Source of the DNA: Myxococcota bacterium
GTDB taxonomy: Bacteria; Myxococcota; UBA4151
Length of the DNA stretch: 58,680 bases
NCBI GenBank assembly: GCA_040260805.1
Contig: JBDQPD010000007.1
Span: 1 to 58,680, forward strand
Direction of reading: 5' to 3'
Shown here piece by piece: positions 56,894-58,680 of this stretch. The notes under the pieces are model-generated. The model made no database searches. It worked only from the letters and a program-made list of their open reading frames with translations, and was not told where the DNA came from. Position 1 is the first letter of the stretch. Each line of letters begins with the position of its first letter. A program made the translations under genes and the position numbers.

Positions 56894-57789
56894 GTTTGAT
56901 TGAGATTGAAGGGCTGCGGAAGGTCTATCGCTCGCCGTTCTTGAGGCGTGAGGTGGTGGGCCTTGAGCAGCTTGATTTATCGGTAGAAAAGAATGAGATT
57001 TTTGGGTTCTTAGGACCGAATGGCGCCGGCAAGAGCACCACGCTCAAAATCTTAACCGGGATTATTCAAGCGACTGCAGGATCGGCGAAGATCGCAGGTC
57101 AGCCGGTCGGGACGCCCGCAGCGCGCGAAATCCTCGGGTTCATGCCCGAGTTTCCGACCTTTCATGACTTCTTGCGTGCCGAGGAGTTCCTGACCTTCTA
57201 CGGTGAACTGTCAGGGATGCGCCGCGAGGCATTGCCCACGCGCATCGATGAGGTTTTGAGTCTGGTCGGTCTTCCCGGGGTTCAAGACCGCCCCTTGCGG
57301 GGATTTTCAAAAGGAATGTTGCAGCGAATTGGCTTGGCTCAAGCGGTCCTGCATGACCCAGACTTAGTCATTCTTGATGAGCCTATGTCTGGCTTGGATC
57401 CTGTGGGCAGGCGCGATGTGCGGCGTCTGATGGAGGGGTTGAAGGCTCAGGGTAAAACCGTCCTGTTTAGCTCGCATGTGCTCAACGATGTTGAAGAAGT
57501 CGCTGATCGCATCACGGTCGTTCGTGAGGGGCGCAATGTGTTGTCGGGGACCATCGAGTCGTTGCTATCGGGTCAGCGTTTCGAGTTGGTTGTTCGGCAG
57601 CAGCCTGCATCCGGTGCATGGACAAAAACGGCAGAGGGTTATCATTGCTACTGTGAGCACGAAGAGGCTGCGCAACTCGCCGTTCGAGCGCTGAGCGAAG
57701 CCGGTATCAGTATCGTGCGCTGTCAACGTGAACGCCGGAGCCTAGAGGAGCTGTTCTTCCTTGATGTCTCCGAGGAGGACTCGCCATGA
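56890..57789 (+). CDS. pilH: ABC transporter ATPase (PilH-like)
   Basis: GPNGAGKST, FSKGMLQRIGLAQA, LDEPMSGLDP, SSH; ATG 56890. Confidence 0.85.
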   Translation: MSLIEIEGLRKVYRSPFLRREVVGLEQLDLSVEKNEIFGFLGPNGAGKSTTLKILTGIIQATAGSAKIAGQPVGTPAAREILGFMPEFPTFHDFLRAEEFLTFYGELSGMRREALPTRIDEVLSLVGLPGVQDRPLRGFSKGMLQRIGLAQAVLHDPDLVILDEPMSGLDPVGRRDVRRLMEGLKAQGKTVLFSSHVLNDVEEVADRITVVREGRNVLSGTIESLLSGQRFELVVRQQPASGAWTKTAEGYHCYCEHEEAAQLAVRALSEAGISIVRCQRERRSLEELFFLDVSEEDSP

Positions 57790-58556
57790 TCCGAGCGGTC
57801 CTCGCGATTGCCCAGCTGACGCTGCGCGAAGCGCTGCGCAAACGCGTTTTTGTCAATCTGGCGGTCTTTGCCGCCTTGATGGTGGGCGTGAGTTTATTGA
57901 TGACCGGCTTGACGATCGGTCAACATCAGCGGGTCATTCACAGCGTGAGTTTCACGGTTCTTGCGGTCGTGGGGAACTTGCTCGCGGTCTTTCTCGGCGC
58001 CGGGTTGATCGCTCATGAAGTGGAGCGCAGGACCCTTTACACGGTTGTGAGTCGTCCGATCCACCGTTGGGTTTTCGTGGTCGGCCGCTACCTCGGCTTA
58101 GCCTCGGTCTTGGCGATCAACACATTGATCGGTGGCTTACTCGTCAAAGTGGTCCTGATGATCAGTAATTATCCTGCTTTCGAGCATTTTATGGTCAGTC
58201 TCTGCCTGATTTACGCTGAAATGCTGATTGTTTTGTCCATTTCGGTCGTGTTTTCAGCATTTTCGACGCCTACGCTTTCTGCGACGTTTAGCTTTTGTTT
58301 CTGGGTCATTGGTCGACTCAGTGTTGAGCTCCAAGAGCTCGCCGTGCTCGCGAAGAACGATGGCTTAGCCGCGGCGATGAATGCCGCATATTCGGTGCTT
58401 CCGAATTTAGGACGTTTGGATCCGATGAATCTGCTGATTCACAATGAACTTCCAGATGGTGGTCATGTGGGCATGCTCTTTCTTTATGCACTTCTTTATA
58501 TCGGCGTTATGCTTGCTGCGGCCTGCTGGACTTTTGAACGCCGAGATTTGAAATGA
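57786..58556 (+). CDS. pilI: ABC-2-type permease (PilI-like)
   Basis: TLREALRKR, EVERRTLYTVVSRP..R..FVVGRYLG, terminal FERRDLK. Confidence 0.85.
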   Translation: MIRAVLAIAQLTLREALRKRVFVNLAVFAALMVGVSLLMTGLTIGQHQRVIHSVSFTVLAVVGNLLAVFLGAGLIAHEVERRTLYTVVSRPIHRWVFVVGRYLGLASVLAINTLIGGLLVKVVLMISNYPAFEHFMVSLCLIYAEMLIVLSISVVFSAFSTPTLSATFSFCFWVIGRLSVELQELAVLAKNDGLAAAMNAAYSVLPNLGRLDPMNLLIHNELPDGGHVGMLFLYALLYIGVMLAAACWTFERRDLK

Positions 58557-58680
58557 GTGCTCTACCCGATCTGACCATCAGCATTGTCAGCTATCACGTC
58601 GCCGACGAACTGCGCGACTGCTTAGCCTCGGCTTTGGTGGCAGCGCCGAGGCACCGAGTTGAGATTTTCGTTGTCGATAA
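58553..58680 (+). CDS. Glycosyltransferase family 2, 5' part only
   Basis: ATGA-coupled; reads MSALPDLTISIVSYHVADELRDCLAS...EIFVVD, a typical GT2 N-terminus; truncated by the window end. Confidence 0.75.
   Translation, partial: MSALPDLTISIVSYHVADELRDCLASALVAAPRHRVEIFVVD

Noticed and set aside
1..58680. CRISPR arrays, tRNA/rRNA, IS elements, prophage or defence genes
   Set aside because: No regularly spaced repeats, RNA gene signatures, transposase, integrase or phage motifs were recognised by eye; the many short overlapping ORFs are shadows of real genes

Overview
Gene-dense, moderately GC-rich bacterial chromosome segment (roughly 58-60% GC by eye), almost certainly from the Myxococcota. 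Evidence: a MYXO-CTERM-type sorting tail, a Myxococcus Cys-rich repeat, and a myxobacterial PilA followed by pilG-pilH-pilI. In order, it contains: the 3' end of fabG; a stand-alone clpX; several surface lipoproteins (BPI/LBP-like MYXO-CTERM protein, C-type lectin, ComEC-type MBL hydrolase); an unusual operon with two 'half-TolC' modules and an Ig/lamin-tail lipoprotein; housekeeping genes (tsaC-like, moeB-like, gltA, PfkB kinase, thioesterase, glpX, SRPBCC, CCA enzyme); a FadL channel and a FadR-regulated GMC oxidoreductase operon; a class III aminotransferase; a HEAT-repeat-PilT fusion next to a second PilT; a TetR-regulated RND pump; ispE; an rRNA-type methyltransferase; an MCE/Mla transporter with two ATPases and two permeases; fdhD; a sigma54 two-component system; pilD; and a pilA locus (sigma54 promoter) flanked by candidate glycosylation enzymes. 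I recognised no rRNA, tRNA, CRISPR or mobile element. Best candidates for undescribed biology: (1) the split half-TolC / lamin-tail / ComEC-MBL envelope module, (2) the HEAT-PilT + PilT pair with complementary motif losses, (3) the MCE ATPase pair with complementary degeneracy, (4) a pilin glycosylation island. All calls come from reading motifs by eye; no database search was run.
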